The position numbers and the translations under genes were made by a program. Shown piece after piece: positions 12,161-26,428 of a stretch of DNA of 64,000 nucleotides. Source of the stretch: Callorhinchus milii (taxonomy: Eukaryota); the NCBI RefSeq assembly GCF_018977255.1, contig NW_024704743.1, positions 106,022,001 through 106,086,000 of the forward strand, read 5' to 3'. How positions within the stretch are numbered: position 1 is the first letter of the stretch; each line of letters starts with the position of its first letter. The notes below the pieces were generated by a model that did no database searches, was not told the origin of the DNA, and saw only the letters and a program-made list of their open reading frames with translations.

Positions 12161-15100
12161 TTCTTGGATAAAATAATGTATCTAATGTACAAATAATGTA
12201 TCTGATCTGCTGCCATCTTCTGAGATTAAGTCCATACTCTTTTGTTTAGAATTTTTAACTCTGTTGCACATATTATTGCTGTCCAGTTTATCTATACACT
12301 TTATAATCTTGAATGTGATCTCTCCTGAGGCTTCTTTTTTCTAATGTGATAATCTCAGCTTTTGTTGCCACACTCCATAACTATGCATTAGTTGATGAAT
12401 GTGGCAGTTAATTGATTTACAACAATGTCCCTCAAACAGTCATGAAGTGAATGACCAATTTTATTTGGGGGATTGCTGTAAGAGGAACTCCCTTTTTTTA
12501 TAAGACACTATGTCAAATGCAAGGATCAATGCTATATAAATGAATTTGTAATGAATTGCAATGCCATAACAGTCCAATTTGTAAAAATAAAGAATTATCC
12601 TTGTGTAATGCCAGAGAACCCATTAACCTGTTGTATAAGTGGGTCTTTGGTGCGTCATGCTGGCTGTACATCAACAGGGTGCAAGGATGTGAACTAACAT
12701 TGACTTTGCTCATGTTAAACATCTGACTCATTTGTAAATACTGTCATTGGTGAAGTGCTACACAGTGTAGATCCTTTTTATTGAACTAAGAAAACCTCAA
12801 TGAAGGGCTGAAATCATAGTGCACGATATCACCAGTGTGGAAAAGAGTACGCAAAACAATAGGTTAAATTGAACGGTAATGTTTAGGTAATTCGAACCTA
12901 GGGTATGTAAGGGACCATTTGCCAAGTTTTATATCACAATTTTCTTGCAGCAGCATAAAACTGGAAATGATAGATCTGTTGCCAAATTGTATCACCATTC
13001 TAGCCACCTGACATAAGAGTACAGTATAAGAAAACAGTAACAAGAAAGTCATGCAGCACACTTAATTCACACCATCAGCACCTCCAATCTCAGGACTCCA
13101 TTTTCCATCTTTGTTCCTATCAAAACCCAGATTCCTCCAGTGTCTGTGTAGTTAGGAACCAAACCAGTTGACAAACTTGCTGGCAAATTTGAAGAACGAT
13201 CAAAATGATGGCTTTTAGCACTGGGGCTAAAATTATGGCTTGAGTGCAACCTTTTAACTTCACCAACAATCTAGCAGAACTTTTGACTAACATAGAGCTT
13301 ACACCTTTCACAGTGCTTTTGGTCAACTTTATCCCCCGCTCCCCCATGTGCCTAGCCATCAATGTAAAGCACTTTGAGATGTCTTCCCACTGTGCAAGGC
13401 AGTAATTAAATGTAAATTGTTTTGTATTTGCTGTAAACCTCAATTAGCTACAATTGGCGTAATGAGCAAGATATTTATATGAATGTGAAATTAGGTTGAC
13501 AAAAAGCAGAGGAATTATACCAGTTGTTCTAATAAATTATTTATGAAAAGGGAATAGAGGGGTATGGAGGGAGGCTAGTAAGAGGGTGGTGGAGGAGATC
13601 AAGATGCAAGGAGGAGATTAGGATGAGTGGATGCTCGTGTGGAATATAAACACCAGCACAGACTAGTTGGGTCGAATGTAGACTCCATGTAATTCTAAGT
13701 AAAAATAACTGAAATATAAATTGATTATATTCTCAAGATATTTAGGATCTAGCAGCTACAGTGTCATTGCCTGGATTATTTTAGTAACTTTCACTGTATT
13801 ATTGACGTGTTATTGCAAGCCATTGCCGTTCAACAATACTATCATTGTTCACCTTACTTCTGAGTTGAGTGCACTCCAGAGTCCACATCTATCCTACATA
13901 TTTCCGCCTATGTTGTATTCAGGGATATACACCAATTATCTCTATGACTCGGCTGCATGTTGTGCAAACTAGTTACAGTTGCTATACTCACACCAGCAAT
14001 CAACAAACAAAAACTGTTGAAGGTGCAAAGTGAAATGACAATGTAGTTATTACTTGCCAGTGTACTGTCCAAGAACAAGAATGTAATTTTAGAACCACGC
14101 ACTGCACAATTTCAGAATAACTCGTGCACTAATGTGGTTACGGTTTCAAGTCTACTGATTACTGGAACCAACACACATCAACATTCTGTGAGATCAGGTA
14201 ATAAATGTTTCATCTTTCTGAAATGATGGGAACATTATAAACACTATATGACAATATTTGGTGTTTTTGTTTTGTGTGTGGGTTCAAAAATAAAGATCAC
14301 AATTTTTTTTTAAAAAGGAAAGATTTTTACATTTTCTGAATGAGACGTCTAGGATGGTTAACAATTGGATGTAACCTTTTCTGTATTTATTTTAGTTTTG
14401 TCTTGAAAACAGTATTGAGATCAATTGTAGTTTAAATTATATAGAGGGAAAAAATGTGGTATGTGATGTGATCAGACATCACATTTCTTCACTATACTCC
14501 TCGGGGGAAAGTAAATAGAGTCTGCTTGGACCTGAGCTGTCTCCACCGTAAGTGCTTAGCATGGAAAATTGGAATCGAGTCAATCCTCTGTCTTGGTAAT
14601 CTGGTTCCTGAGCCAGGTGGGTCAGCGGTACTCCACTGCTGACGACAGACCAGGACTTTGAGGGCTAACTAATTGCTGGGAGTAGGGTTTCTTTGCACCC
14701 AACAACTATTAACCCTGCAAGTCATGCCCAAATTGGTAGAGTGATCCTACGTGGATAAACAGTGAGAAGCTTGCCAGACACTGCTGTCAATGGTAAAATA
14801 TGTGGCTCCAGTTGGTTAAACTCCAAGTCTTGTCTCTTGCCAACCTGTGCCTAATGTATTCTGGAATTCGATAAGTAGGGTGTGTCCCTCCAGGGAGATA
14901 TTGCTTACTTCATTCCAGACCCAGGGATATTTTCTTTGGGTGTCTAGCAAGTACAGAAACCCATCTCCATGCATAAGAATATGAAAACCAGCTTAAAAGC
15001 TCAGCATACAAACGGCACCAACAAATGGACATTTCCCCATGTTTGGAAGCAAATGTGAACATTTTGTAGCAATAGGCTGCCAAAATCTCAACCAATCCTT

Positions 15101-16579
15101 ATTCCTTTTGAATTTGCATTTGACTGTGCAGCATGAAAAAATGCAGTGTTAATGCAGTGAGGAGATATCTGAGCAAAAATAAGGAAATAAAAGAACAAGG
15201 AAAATTCTCTCCGGTTTATAGTTTGACAAAAAGTTACAGCTCTGACAAAGGAGCAGCATTCTCTCAGCTTAGAAGTTCTAGACACAAGATTCTGTCTCTG
15301 TTTCCTGCCACACCAAAGACATTTCCTGTCGGCTGATTTTTTTGTACACAGAAAGTTTTTATTGCCCAAAGATTTGAAACCATAAGTAAATTGGTATTAA
15401 TATGTATTTGAGTCACAGTAAGAACTGATTTGCTTCATTTTTGGGTGGGTTGCAATGTTTGGGTGTGTACGTGTAGGGTGAAAGAGGAATTCCTCCGGTC
15501 TACAAATTGGTGATTTCCAGTTTAAAAAGGCAAAGACAGAGCTGTTTCTATCCACCACACATTCTCATCTCTGTGACTGTTCTTTAAAATAATACCCAAA
15601 TACTAAAAAGTTTCATTTTTCCTTGTGCTAGTGCAAGTTCATTCTGGGCTTTAAAGGGCATTATCACTTGGTGAAGTGTCTTGTAAAGTTTGTAAACAGA
15701 GGAAATAGAGCATGACAGGGTTGGTTTTATTATGGCTAAAATTTGTAATCTTTTTTTTAAAACAGCATCTGCTGCAGTAAAGATAACCCCAGGGACCAAT
15801 GAAGCAGACTTTTAAAGTTGAGCTAAGACAACATTTACATGATAAGTAATCCTTGCATTTGATATTGTGCCTTTCAAGTCAGTGGGACATCTGAAAGCAT
15901 TTCACAGAATTTACTGTAAAAGGTAATGACTGCGTACTTTACAGGTGACTGTGGCAGTTATTTTGCATACAGCAATGTCCCACAGACAGCTATGAAGTGA
16001 ATAACCAACTTTATCTGGGGGATTATCCCATAACATGATTCCCCTCTTTTGGAATTGTGTCATGGGATAATAATCCTTGTATTTGATATAGCGCCTTATC
16101 ACATAATCGAGGCATTTCAAAGTGCTCCACTGGATATACTGTAAAGCTTCTTTTCTCTCTACAGTGCATTTTTGTTGTTTTATAATTTCTTCAGTCAACA
16201 TTACTCTAAAAGGGAAGGACGTTCTCTTGTTCTGGGAAACATTTCAATAGATTAATAATAAAATAATCCTTGCCTTGAATATATTACCTATAATGTTGAA
16301 AAAACCTCACAGCGCTTCGCAACATTTTTGTAAATTGTGGTGATGATGTAAGTGTAGGCGAACACATCAGTCAATTTATCCACAGCAATGTCCCACAAAC
16401 AGCCATGAAGTGAATGATCAATTCTATTTGGGGAATTGTTGGTCAGGAAACCAGGAGAAACTCCCTTCACTTTTCAAATAATGCCAAGGGATTTCTATCA
16501 TCTGTCCATTTGGACAGGAAGATGGGGCCTCGGTTTAACATCTCATCCAAAGGACAGCACCTCCAACAATTCACCTTCA

Positions 16580-16927
16580 ACAATGCTCTCCCAGCACTCC
16601 TCTCTCCTCAAAACAGTAGCCGTTGCCTTCGTTCCTCTGGGTCTGGTCTCCTCCTTGTCCCCCGAGTCCTCCGCTCCACCCTCGACTGCTGTGCCTTCAG
16701 CCATTATGCCCCGAGGCTCTGGAACTCCCTTCCTCACTCCCTTCGTCTCGCTCCCTCTCTTCCTATTTTCAGGTCTCTGCTGAAGACCTTTCTTTTCGAC
16801 CACGCCTTTGGTCACCTTCCTCCCCCTCCCCCTGGCTCGGCCCTGGGATCCGTTACTGTGAAGCGCTCTGAGATGCCGTCCGGCGTGGAGGGCGCTATAT
16901 AAATCAACATTGTTGTTGTTGTTGTTG
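16580..16927 (+). mobile_element. L2 3'-end fragment (second tail variant)
   Basis: Peptide LRSSGSGLLLVPR...AFSHYAPRLWNSLP...LKTFLFDHAF; tail CCGGCGTGGAGGGCGCTATATAAATC followed by (GTT)n. Confidence 0.85.
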
Positions 16928-16954
16928 CTTTGCCCTAGACTTTGAGTTTAGGTT

Positions 16955-17199
16955 GGAGTCCTGTAGCTGAATGGTTAGAGCACTCGCCTTGCAAGCGAGA
17001 GGACCTCGGTTTGATTCCCGATCAGGGCGCAACGTTGGGCAAGTTTCCTTATTCCACATGCCTCTGTATACCCAGCAGTAAGCAGGAACCCAGTTGTTAG
17101 TCAATTGGTGGATCACTTTTCTGGGGGTAGTAATTGCTTTAAAAAATTGGATAAATAAAATAATATTAATTTGCTCACTCAATCCACGATTGTTTGTGG
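16955..17199 (+). mobile_element. tRNA-derived SINE, 3'-truncated
   Basis: Head GGAGTCCTGTAGCTGAATGGTTAGAGCACTCGCCTTGCAAGCGAG. Confidence 0.85.
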
Positions 17200-18184
17200 T
17201 ATACTATAATTATTCCAAGAAACGTAAGATCGCTTTTGCATCCTATGAAACTTAATTCTGTGATATGATTTACATTTGAGTGATACGCAGACCTTCTAAA
17301 ATAAAGTACACATTATCAATCATATCTAATTATGTGGTTGTCAGTTCCAGAATTCACCTCCAAAAACTAGGTTTGAATCCTGATGAGTTTAGTAGGATGA
17401 AAGTCACTGTGTGCTGGCTGCAATGCTCCCAAATAAAATTACATTGGAAAATCTACCAGTCCTGAATGCATGTCCATAGCACCAAAAGTGCACAATTCTG
17501 CATTAATAGAGATTAACCTGGCAATCTCACTGAAACAGGACAGAAAATTAATTGGTAAGGAATTGAAACATTTCACTGTTTCAGGACAGCAAGATTTCTA
17601 TTCTATTTCTGACCTGAAAATACTTAGTGAGCGCTAATCTTTGGCATCTCTCACCTTGCTAAATAAATCATCCCTCCAACAGGTGATTTTTCCAATTATA
17701 GCCTACCCATTGAGCCACAGAATCATAGAAATGTTCAGCACAGAAGAAGGCTATTCGACCCATTCCTCTTGCCCTTTCCACATATTCTTGTAGTTTACTC
17801 CTTTTTAGATTCACCTACTTCCTACATGCTAAACTAAATGTAAGGATTATTGTGATTCTTATTATTGAACTTTCACCTCATTAGGTTAATGTTAAAAATT
17901 ATAAGGTTATCTAGGTCACATGGAGTGAGGGCAGTGATAGGAACTTAATGACAGATCTGCTAAAAAAGCACTTATACAATTTAATATGCTAAACTTAAGA
18001 GTAATGACACATAAAATTCTTAACAGAATCAATGAATTTTTTGTTGTCATCTGGGTCCCAATGTCTGACAGATTTGAGGAAACCAAACATTGTGCTTAAG
18101 AATATCCAAATTAAACTAAAATTTGCACGTATGCATGGCACCTAATAATATGCATTTGATATGGTACCTGGTGTGATATGGCAT

Positions 18185-18678
18185 CATCCAGAACTCTGCA
18201 GCTCCTGTCCTCTGCTGCACCGGGCTCCATGACCCCATCACACCTACCCTCACCCGGCTCCACTGGCTCCACTTCCCTCAGAGGATAGAATTCAAAATTC
18301 TCGTCCTCACTTTCAAGGCCCTCCACAGCCTTGTCCCCTCCGACCTCTCTGACCTGCTAACTCTCTATCAACCTGTCCGCTCCATCCATTCAGCAGGCTC
18401 TAGCCTGCTCCATGTCTCACGCCTGACCCGCCCTACCATCGGTGGCCGGGCTTTCAGCCCCACTCTTTGGAACTCCATTCCACAATTCCTTTGCCTTGTT
18501 CTCTCCCTTGCCTCCTTCAAGGCACGACTCAAGATCCTTTTTATCAACGTCTTCAGTCGCACTCCCTCATCCCAACCCTACCCCCCCACTCTCGGGCCCT
18601 GATCCCCAAATGTTCAGCGCATTGGGACGTCCTCCCGATGTGAAAGCCACTTTTTAAATGTAATTTTGTTGTTGTTGT
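18185..18678 (+). mobile_element. L2 3' fragment
   Basis: CTCCACTGGCTCC...AGGATAGAATTCAAAATTCTCGTCCTCAC...TGGAACTCCATTCC and the L2 tail with (GTT)n. Confidence 0.85.
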
Positions 18679-19859
18679 ACCTTTCACGGCAGGAGGACGT
18701 CTCAAAGCGTTTCACTGGATTTACTGTAAAGTGTAGTGACTCTGTATTTCGTAGAACATGATAGTCAAATTTTGCACAGCAGTGGAGCACAAAGAGCTAT
18801 AAATGGAAATGTTGCTGGATTTGGAATAGAATGCTTACTCTCTCCTTGAAGGGACACACCCTGAATAATTAATTCCAAAAAGAATGAATTGTATTAATAT
18901 TAATTACCTTGATTCTGACATTCCATAGTCAAGTGCATTAACTTGGAGTCAGCTCAGTTCCTAGGAGATCCCGTTTACCTCCTCCCAAAAGGAAAATAAT
19001 TATAATAACACATAAGCATATAAAATAAATCCAATCAAAAAAATAGCAGTAACCTTGCTCTCAAGTAAAGCAGTTTTATGGTTACACAGTGATACATAGG
19101 GGTTAAATTTGCGACAATTCTTAATCAATGCAATGTGATATGGTATCCTGTTAGAAATCCCATCAACAATGGAAATTCTTGTATGGACGAAGGTCTCATT
19201 GGAGTGGAGTTCCCATGGTTAGTGCGCGATGGTTAGCGGAAGGAAAACCCATTTGATTGACTAGGATTCCTACTTCAAGGATCCGGTGAAGAAATACCCC
19301 AAATTACCGTCATCTTAAATGTCTCAAAGAAATCATCCTTTCATCATTGATATTAGAGAAAGCCATTAATGATTCATGCAGTTCCCATTCCTTTTATTTT
19401 TGCTGATTCTTTTGTTGTGAATGTTTGCCTAATTGCAAAGGGGTTGTCACAGGGAGGCCAATGTCTTGACCACATAAGGAAAAAACACTCATCACCTCTT
19501 TTCATATCAGTAGAATGCATAGCAGCCAAGATGCTGCACAGACCTCATTTTCCGTTCAATCTGTCCAAAGTTAACAAGCACAGGAGACGAAAGTGCATTA
19601 AACATAAGCAAGATGCTTGTGCACTGGGGAGAGGCATCTAACTGAAAGCCAAGGTCAATCAGTCGAGAGCTGTCAATTTTCCCTGAATACACAACCAGTT
19701 TTCTTACAGGAGTCAAAAGATTTTCTTACGTGTCAAAGACTGTGATGTTTTAAATATTTGTACAGAACAGCTTCTGGATTTCAATGCAAAGCCAGAAAGG
19801 ATATCTATTCCCAAATCCCCAGAATAAATGAAACATAAAATTAGAAAATAAGTAAAAGA

Positions 19860-20270
19860 TATTAATCCTTACATTGATATAGCATCTTTTACAGCAGGAG
19901 GAGGATTCAAAGTTCTTCACAGTTTACTGTAAAGTGTAGTAACTGCATTTTGTAGGCGAATGTGGCAGTCAATTTACTCAAACCAATGTACCCGCAAACA
20001 GTCATGAAGTGATTGGCCAATTTTATTTGGGGGATTATTGGCCAAGACACAGGGAGAAACTCTTTTATTATTTCAAATAGGCCATGGGCCCTTTCAGGTC
20101 CACAGGACTTTGGTTTAACATTTCATCGGAAGAGTGTAACCTCTATCAATGCAGCATTGGATTGATGAGTAGCTCTGCATTGGAGTGTCAGTCTAGTCTA
20201 TATGAGATCAAAGTCCCGATGAGGGTCTTGAACCCACAAACCTCTGACTCATAGTCAAGAATGGTACCAA
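19860..20270 (-). mobile_element. Older DeuSINE-like copy
   Basis: Reverse complement of the 26020-26428 type, including head CTTGAACCCACAAACCTCTGACTCA. Confidence 0.7.
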
Positions 20271-21149
20271 CAAAAAAGGAACCTTTCATAATGCAATGCA
20301 TGGCGTGAAGCAAATAGATTAGAGCACTCCATGCATTTTTGATAGTACTGTAGTTTAATTTTGGTGTGTGTGTAACATCTCAGTCATTTTAAGGAAGGCT
20401 TTATTTTGTTTCTTCCTTTACTATATGAATCTTAATACAATACAAAATAAGATTTGTATAGCCTTTCAAGTTGGGAAGACGTCCCAAGGAGCTATATAAA
20501 TGTAGAGTTCTAGCTCTAGATACAACTCTAAACTATGGTTAATTCTGAATTCCAAAGTTTACCAGTAAAAGAAAATAGGTTGGATAGCTTTACCACAGGT
20601 TCTTGCCTCCTCAGGTATTTTACATAGCCCATCTCCAGTCATATAAAGTAAAATGAACTTCAGTTTGTCAAATGCTCTTACAGAACTTAAACATTTTCTT
20701 CAGGTTTTTCAAACAAATCCTAATGAGTCGGGTGAGCTAATTAACCACAGACAAAATCATGGAGAAAAGGAGGCTCATGTTCAAGCTAATGATTGATGAG
20801 AAAATTAGCACTGTCTTGTTTTACAAGTTCTATTCCCTTACCATTCACCGCCAAAGGCATATGAATAATGTTCAAGCCATTCAGAGAAAACACCGGGAAG
20901 TGATTTATCTTTGGCTTTGGAGGATGCTGATTTTCCAGCTCTGGGGCGGAAAGACATGGTTTCCATTTTGCTGATAAAACTCTGGCACCAGTAAATCAGG
21001 GAGAAAGTGTACTTATTTACATGCCAAAGCATCACTGCCATTCAGTTTTGCTAAGAACCAATGTTATCGCTTTTGGCCGCAGAATATTTACTGGTAGGTT
21101 TTCGTTATACTATCTGTTTTGTAAATTTGTATAATTTTTCTGATCATCA

Positions 21150-21490
21150 TCTTCGCTTGGCTCAACTGGCTCCCCACCTCCCAGGGGATTGACTTCAAGC
21201 TCCTCATCAACACTTTCAAATCCCTCCATGTCGTCGCACCGACTTACCTCTGTCATCTCTTGCAACCCTACTACTCCAGCCGCTCCTTCTGCTTATCAAA
21301 CACTGGCAGACTTCATGTCCTTTGCCTGAACCACCCTTCAATGGGCAACTTTTCAGTTATTCTGTCCCCACTCTCTGGAACTCCATTCTAGAGTCCCTCC
21401 ACTTGCCCCCTTCCTCAGTTTCACCTTCAAAATACACCTTAAAAGTCCCATGTTTTTGACTATGCTTTCTGTCACCTTTCTCCTTCTGAT
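21150..21490 (+). mobile_element. Degenerate L2 3' fragment
   Basis: Similar to other L2 copies (CTGGCTCCCC...TTCAAGCTCCTC...CTCTGGAACTCCAT). Confidence 0.7.
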
Positions 21491-21561
21491 GCCCAAAGTT
21501 TGGAAAATTGCTGACTTAAGTTATTTCTCAAAAGAATCTTACAGAAAACTGGCTTCAGAAG

Positions 21562-22365
21562 TAACAACAACAAGATTACATTTGTATAGCGCATTTCATG
21601 TCGGGAGGACGTCCCAAGGCGCTCGACAGAGTACAGCATTTCAGACCCGAGCTGGGATCGGGGGGGTGGGGGGAGAGGGGAGGGGAGGGGAAGCGGGGTG
21701 ACCGATGGCATGGCCGAAGAGGAGGGACTTGAAGGAGGCTAAGGAGGGGGCGAGGCTGAGTGATTGGGGGATGGAATTCCAGAGGTTAGGGGCAGAGTGG
21801 CTGAAGGCTCTCCCACCAATGGTGGGGCAGGTGAATCGATGGACATGGAGCAGGCCAGAGCCGGCTGAGCGGAGGGAGCGGGCGGGTTGGTAGGGGGTTA
21901 GGAGGTCACAGAGGTAGGGTGGGGCAAGGCCATTGAGGGCTTTATATGTGAGAACCAGAATCTTGAATTGGATCCTCTGAACGATAGGGAGCCAGGAGTC
22001 GGGGGAGAGTGGGGGAGATGGGGTCACAGAGTTTGGTGCAGGAGAGGACACGGGCTGCAGAGTTCTGGATTATCTGCAGTCTGTGGAGGGAGGAGTTGGG
22101 AAGGCCGACAAGCAGGGCATTTGCACAGTTGAGCCTGGAGGTGATGAAGACATGAACAAAAGTTTCAGCGGCCTGAGGGGTGAGGTAGTGGCGGAGTCGG
22201 GCGATGTTATGAAGGTGAGGGAAGGCAGAACGGATCATGGCTTGGATGTGGGGAAGAAAAAACAGTTGAGGGTCGAACAAGACACCTAGGTTCTTGACTG
22301 GCTTGGTGAGTTGAAGTGTGCAACTATGGAGGTTGATGCTGCCAGTGCCTGAGGTGCAGAGGCTG
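21562..22365 (-). mobile_element. L2 3' fragment (RT C-terminal region and tail)
   Basis: Minus-strand peptides HLHNIARLRHYLTPQAAETFVHVFITSRLNCANALLVGLP and WLPIVQRIQFKILVLTYKALNGLAPPYL. Confidence 0.9.
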
Positions 22366-22732
22366 CATTTAAAATTTTTTAAAATACTCGATACTCTGAA
22401 ATGTAACGTGAATAGAATAAATCTAAATCCAGTTAGAATTGCTCTCCAATCATTGTCTAACTAGGGTAAAGTGATCTCAGAACACTTTGTTCTGACATGC
22501 ACCAATATGGCTGGGAGAGGTGCAATTGAAGAGGAACAAGATAGAGAATGGAAAATTTGTCTCTCAACCAGATAAATATTTGGTATTCATAAAGCACTCA
22601 ATCGATTCGCCCCACTCAGTCGTGCTGAAATGTGCACCATTGGGAACATGTGCTTGGTCACCCTAGGAATCAAACATATTGACTTTCTCGTGAAGGGCTT
22701 GGCCGTGATATTGTTTATATTAATGTCAGATT

Positions 22733-23052
22733 ATAATAAATAATAATAAATAATCCTTGCATTTGATATAGCCCTTTTCACGTCTTCTAGATGTCTCAAA
22801 GTGCTTCACAGAATATGTTGTAAAGTGAATTGACTGTATATTTGTGGGAGAATCACGGCAGCCAATTGTGCACAGCAGTGTCCCACAACCAGTCGTGCAT
22901 TGAAATGACCAATTTATTATTGTTTTTTTTTGATGGATTATTATCAGACGTGTGACGTAAGGAAACTTGCCCAAGGTTTTGCCCTGCCGGGAATCAAACC
23001 CAGGTCTCTCATTTGCGAGGCGAGTGCTCTAACCACTGAGCTACAGGATTCC
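22733..23052 (-). mobile_element. tRNA-derived SINE, same family
   Basis: Reverse-complement head ...GAGTGCTCTAACCACTGAGCTACAGGATTCC and (AAT)n tail at the left end. Confidence 0.9.
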
Positions 23053-26019
23053 AGATCATATTAATGTCAGAATTCTAGACAATGCAAAAGAGCCTTTACC
23101 TTCATTTAACTCTTGCTGAATTTGGGATAGCTCAAAAGTGAGTTATTCAGCTATTTCAATATTCCAACGTATGCTTTATTTCAAAATTTGAATTACATTT
23201 TCTTTGATACTTACAATGTGCATTTTATAATAGTATTAAACTAAACAAATGAGACAAAACAACAAAGGACAGCTAAAATTTACAAACGAATAATCCTGGC
23301 ATGCAACAACAAGGACCAGAGGTCCATAAATGACTAAATGATAATAATAATCCTTGAATTTGATATAGTGCCTCATCATATCTTTGAGACGTCTGAAAGA
23401 GCTTCACAATGTAAAGTGAATTGACTATATTTTGTGGGCGAAAAGCAGCAACCAATTGCACACTACAGTTTCCCACAAACAGTCGTGGATTGAGTAACCA
23501 ATTTGTTATTTTTTTAAATAGTGACGATCCTAGTGAGAGTGGTGGGGGGTGAGGTGGGGAAGTAAGCAGGTTTGAGACTGGATTGGTGAAAGATGAAGTG
23601 CCAGGCCACAGAACATAGGAATTGAGTCAATCCTCTGTGGCGATCTTGGTAGACCAGTTCCTGAGCTAGGCTGGTTCACTTTACTCCAAAGCGTCATTGA
23701 TGATAGTGCAAATGCAAGGATTATTATTATTGGCCTAACTTGGCAGCAGGATTTAGAGGGGAATACCAGTCACTAGGAGTTGGTATTCTTCCACTCAGGT
23801 TCTGTTAACAAGCCCAAACCCTAACATGTACGGTGGTTTCAGCTAGATAAGCAGTGAGACCCAATACCCAAACTCAGATTATTTTTTTAAAGGAAGAAGA
23901 TATTAAAATAAGTCACCTAGAATCATGTGGATAAAATTGTAAAGAAATCTCAAAAGATTACTTTCCAGGGTCTTAATCTGTAGACATTCCTATGAGTCAA
24001 TGTGTCTCCACTGCTTTCAATATGTTGAACATCTGCCTTCTCCACTCAGTGGTGTTTAATATAATTGTCAGGATTTGTAATGGATATGGCTAAGCTTTTT
24101 AGATTGTATGAAGCACAGATTCATGTTCCCAGATGTTCAGCAGATCACACTACAGATATTCTTTCCTTCATCTGGTTCCTGTAATGTAAATATGGACTCC
24201 ATTCTCCAACATTACACGAAGAACATATCCCTTCTTGGGATAATTTCATGCAATTTGAAGACGTTGAGGTATGTTCCAATATTTATACAGTTAGATGTCA
24301 AATATACTTCATCAAGAGAAGATTGGGTCAGTTGGACGATGTCTAAATGACTGTTAAAGTTTTTGCCTTGTAAGAAATGAATGCCGAATTTCATAAATGC
24401 TCGCATAAGGAGCCCAGCGCCTTAAGGAGGGTTTAGTGGGAAAAGGCAAATCTATCTACTAATCCGCCATAATTCTTTGGCTGTAATGCTCTGAGTGATG
24501 GTCTGTGTAGCTCACCTTGACAATGTGCCCAGACAATGGGATCTCCCACTCTAAGCACACAATGAAGTTGAAAAGTGCTCCTCTTTGAAACAGTAACATT
24601 GTTAACAAACCATCCTCAGAAATAATGCCTTGTGACCTAAAGCTACAAATACACAGCCAATCTGCAGTAAATTCCTATGAAGCATTTTGCAACATTTCAA
24701 TGAGTGATACAGTGCAATAACAAATGTAAGCATTATTATTATTGTATAATCAATGTCATTTGTCGGGAAACCCATGATAACTCAAGAGGATTTGACTCTG
24801 AGGAGATTTTGGGTGGGAACTGAGGTCTTGCTAGTCGAATTAACTTAGGTAGAATCGTGATATTATATTTAATTTGCTGAGTATAGTAAGTTTGCCTCAT
24901 TAATCAATAAATTTAAAGTAGCTTTAAAAGCATAATGTAATTTTGCATTTACAATGGCAAATTACTGTATTTATAATTTACAAATGGATTATATTTAGTG
25001 AACAAAGAACTTAATAGACCTCCTTCTGCTTTGTAACTTTCTACGATTCAAGGATTTAGACTGAATGAATAGAATCATATTTAGATCACACAAAGCTGAA
25101 TACCGCCCCCTTGCCTTCAGATATATAAGACACCATATAGCATCTCTATTATTGTATTATTTGATATTTTGGCATCCATTAGCCATCGCTTTATGATTAT
25201 AATTCAATCACATCTGAAGGAATTCTCAACTGGATGTACCATTGTGACAGTGCTAGGCAGCTTGCGTGACAAGAATGTTCCCAGTCTATCTCTGCTCTCC
25301 AGATCTATGGCTTTTTAGCAAATGACAGGCATTCTCCAGCATGTAGTATTTCACTGTGGCAGCTTGCTAACAAAAACATGAGGAGAGATCTGCCCTTCTG
25401 CTCTGTTTCCGTTAACTGCTCCCTGTGATTTATTTGAAGTCCCAAGAACAGCTTATCAGCCAAGATAGAGGAATGTAGGCTTAGTGCCTACCTGTTTACT
25501 CTAGGCACTGGGCCTATTGTTCTGTCATATGGCCTGAATGATTGTGAATGCTTGACCTTGGCGGGTGAACTGTCTGTGATGCTTTTGCAAGAATCAACAT
25601 GTTTCTCTAAAAGATCCACAGTAGCAGAATCCCATAGGTTCTACTCTTATAATTCAAATGTCACACCCATTCTTTGGGGAACTGCATGGGTAGACAGGGT
25701 GGACCAATGATGTAATCCTGCATACATGAGGGAGAAGGCAATAGAAGGTGCGGGAGAGGGGTTTAGGAAGGGTGAAGTAGTTGGGCCAAATGGCCCATTT
25801 CCATGCTGTACAGTCCAGCACCTTGGTACGTCCTTCTAAAGTGAAAGGCGCTTTACAAATATAATTTTATAATTTTTGTAATTCTGTGGAATGCTATGTA
25901 AATTGTGAAATTGTGACTAATACTATGTTGCTCAACAAAAAAATTGTCCATGATTCTGTAATGTTTAAACATTGAATTGCACCTTGTAAAGGATCTTCCC
26001 CTACTCAAAGTGTCAGCCT

Positions 26020-26428
26020 GGCAGCACTCTCCCCTCTGAGTTAGAAGGCTGTGCCTTCAAGCCCCATGTTGGATCTTAGTCTAGGTTGACACTCCAGTGT
26101 AGTGCCAGGGGTGTGCTATATTATTGGAGATGTCGTCCTTCGGATGAAGTGTTAAACCAAGGTCCTCTCTGCCTGTTCAGGTGGGCAAATTTCACTTGGC
26201 ACTGTTCGAAAAGAAAAGGGAGTTTCCTTGATGTCCTGGTAAAAACAATCCTCCCAAATAAAATTGGTCATTCACTTCATGGTTGTTTGGGGGTCACTGC
26301 TATGTTCAAATTAACTGCTACATTCCCCTATAAACATACAATCACTACACTTTACAGTAAATACTGCAAAGTGCTTTGAGACAACCTCCTGATGTGAAAG
26401 GCACTATCAAATGCAAGGATTATTATTA
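26020..26428 (+). mobile_element. Older DeuSINE (SacSINE1/AmnSINE-like) copy
   Basis: Different head (CCTCTGAGTTAGAAGGCTGTG...TTCAAGCCCC), then CCTTCGGATGAAGTGTTAAACCAAGGTCC and the Deu core. Family name is from recall, not a search. Confidence 0.7.

Noticed and set aside
14461..14484. Short inverted repeats (ATGTGATGT...ACATCACAT; also about 29497-29527 and 42311-42336)
   Set aside because: Stems of 6-12 bp in AT-rich DNA are expected by chance or slippage, and nothing else supports a function.
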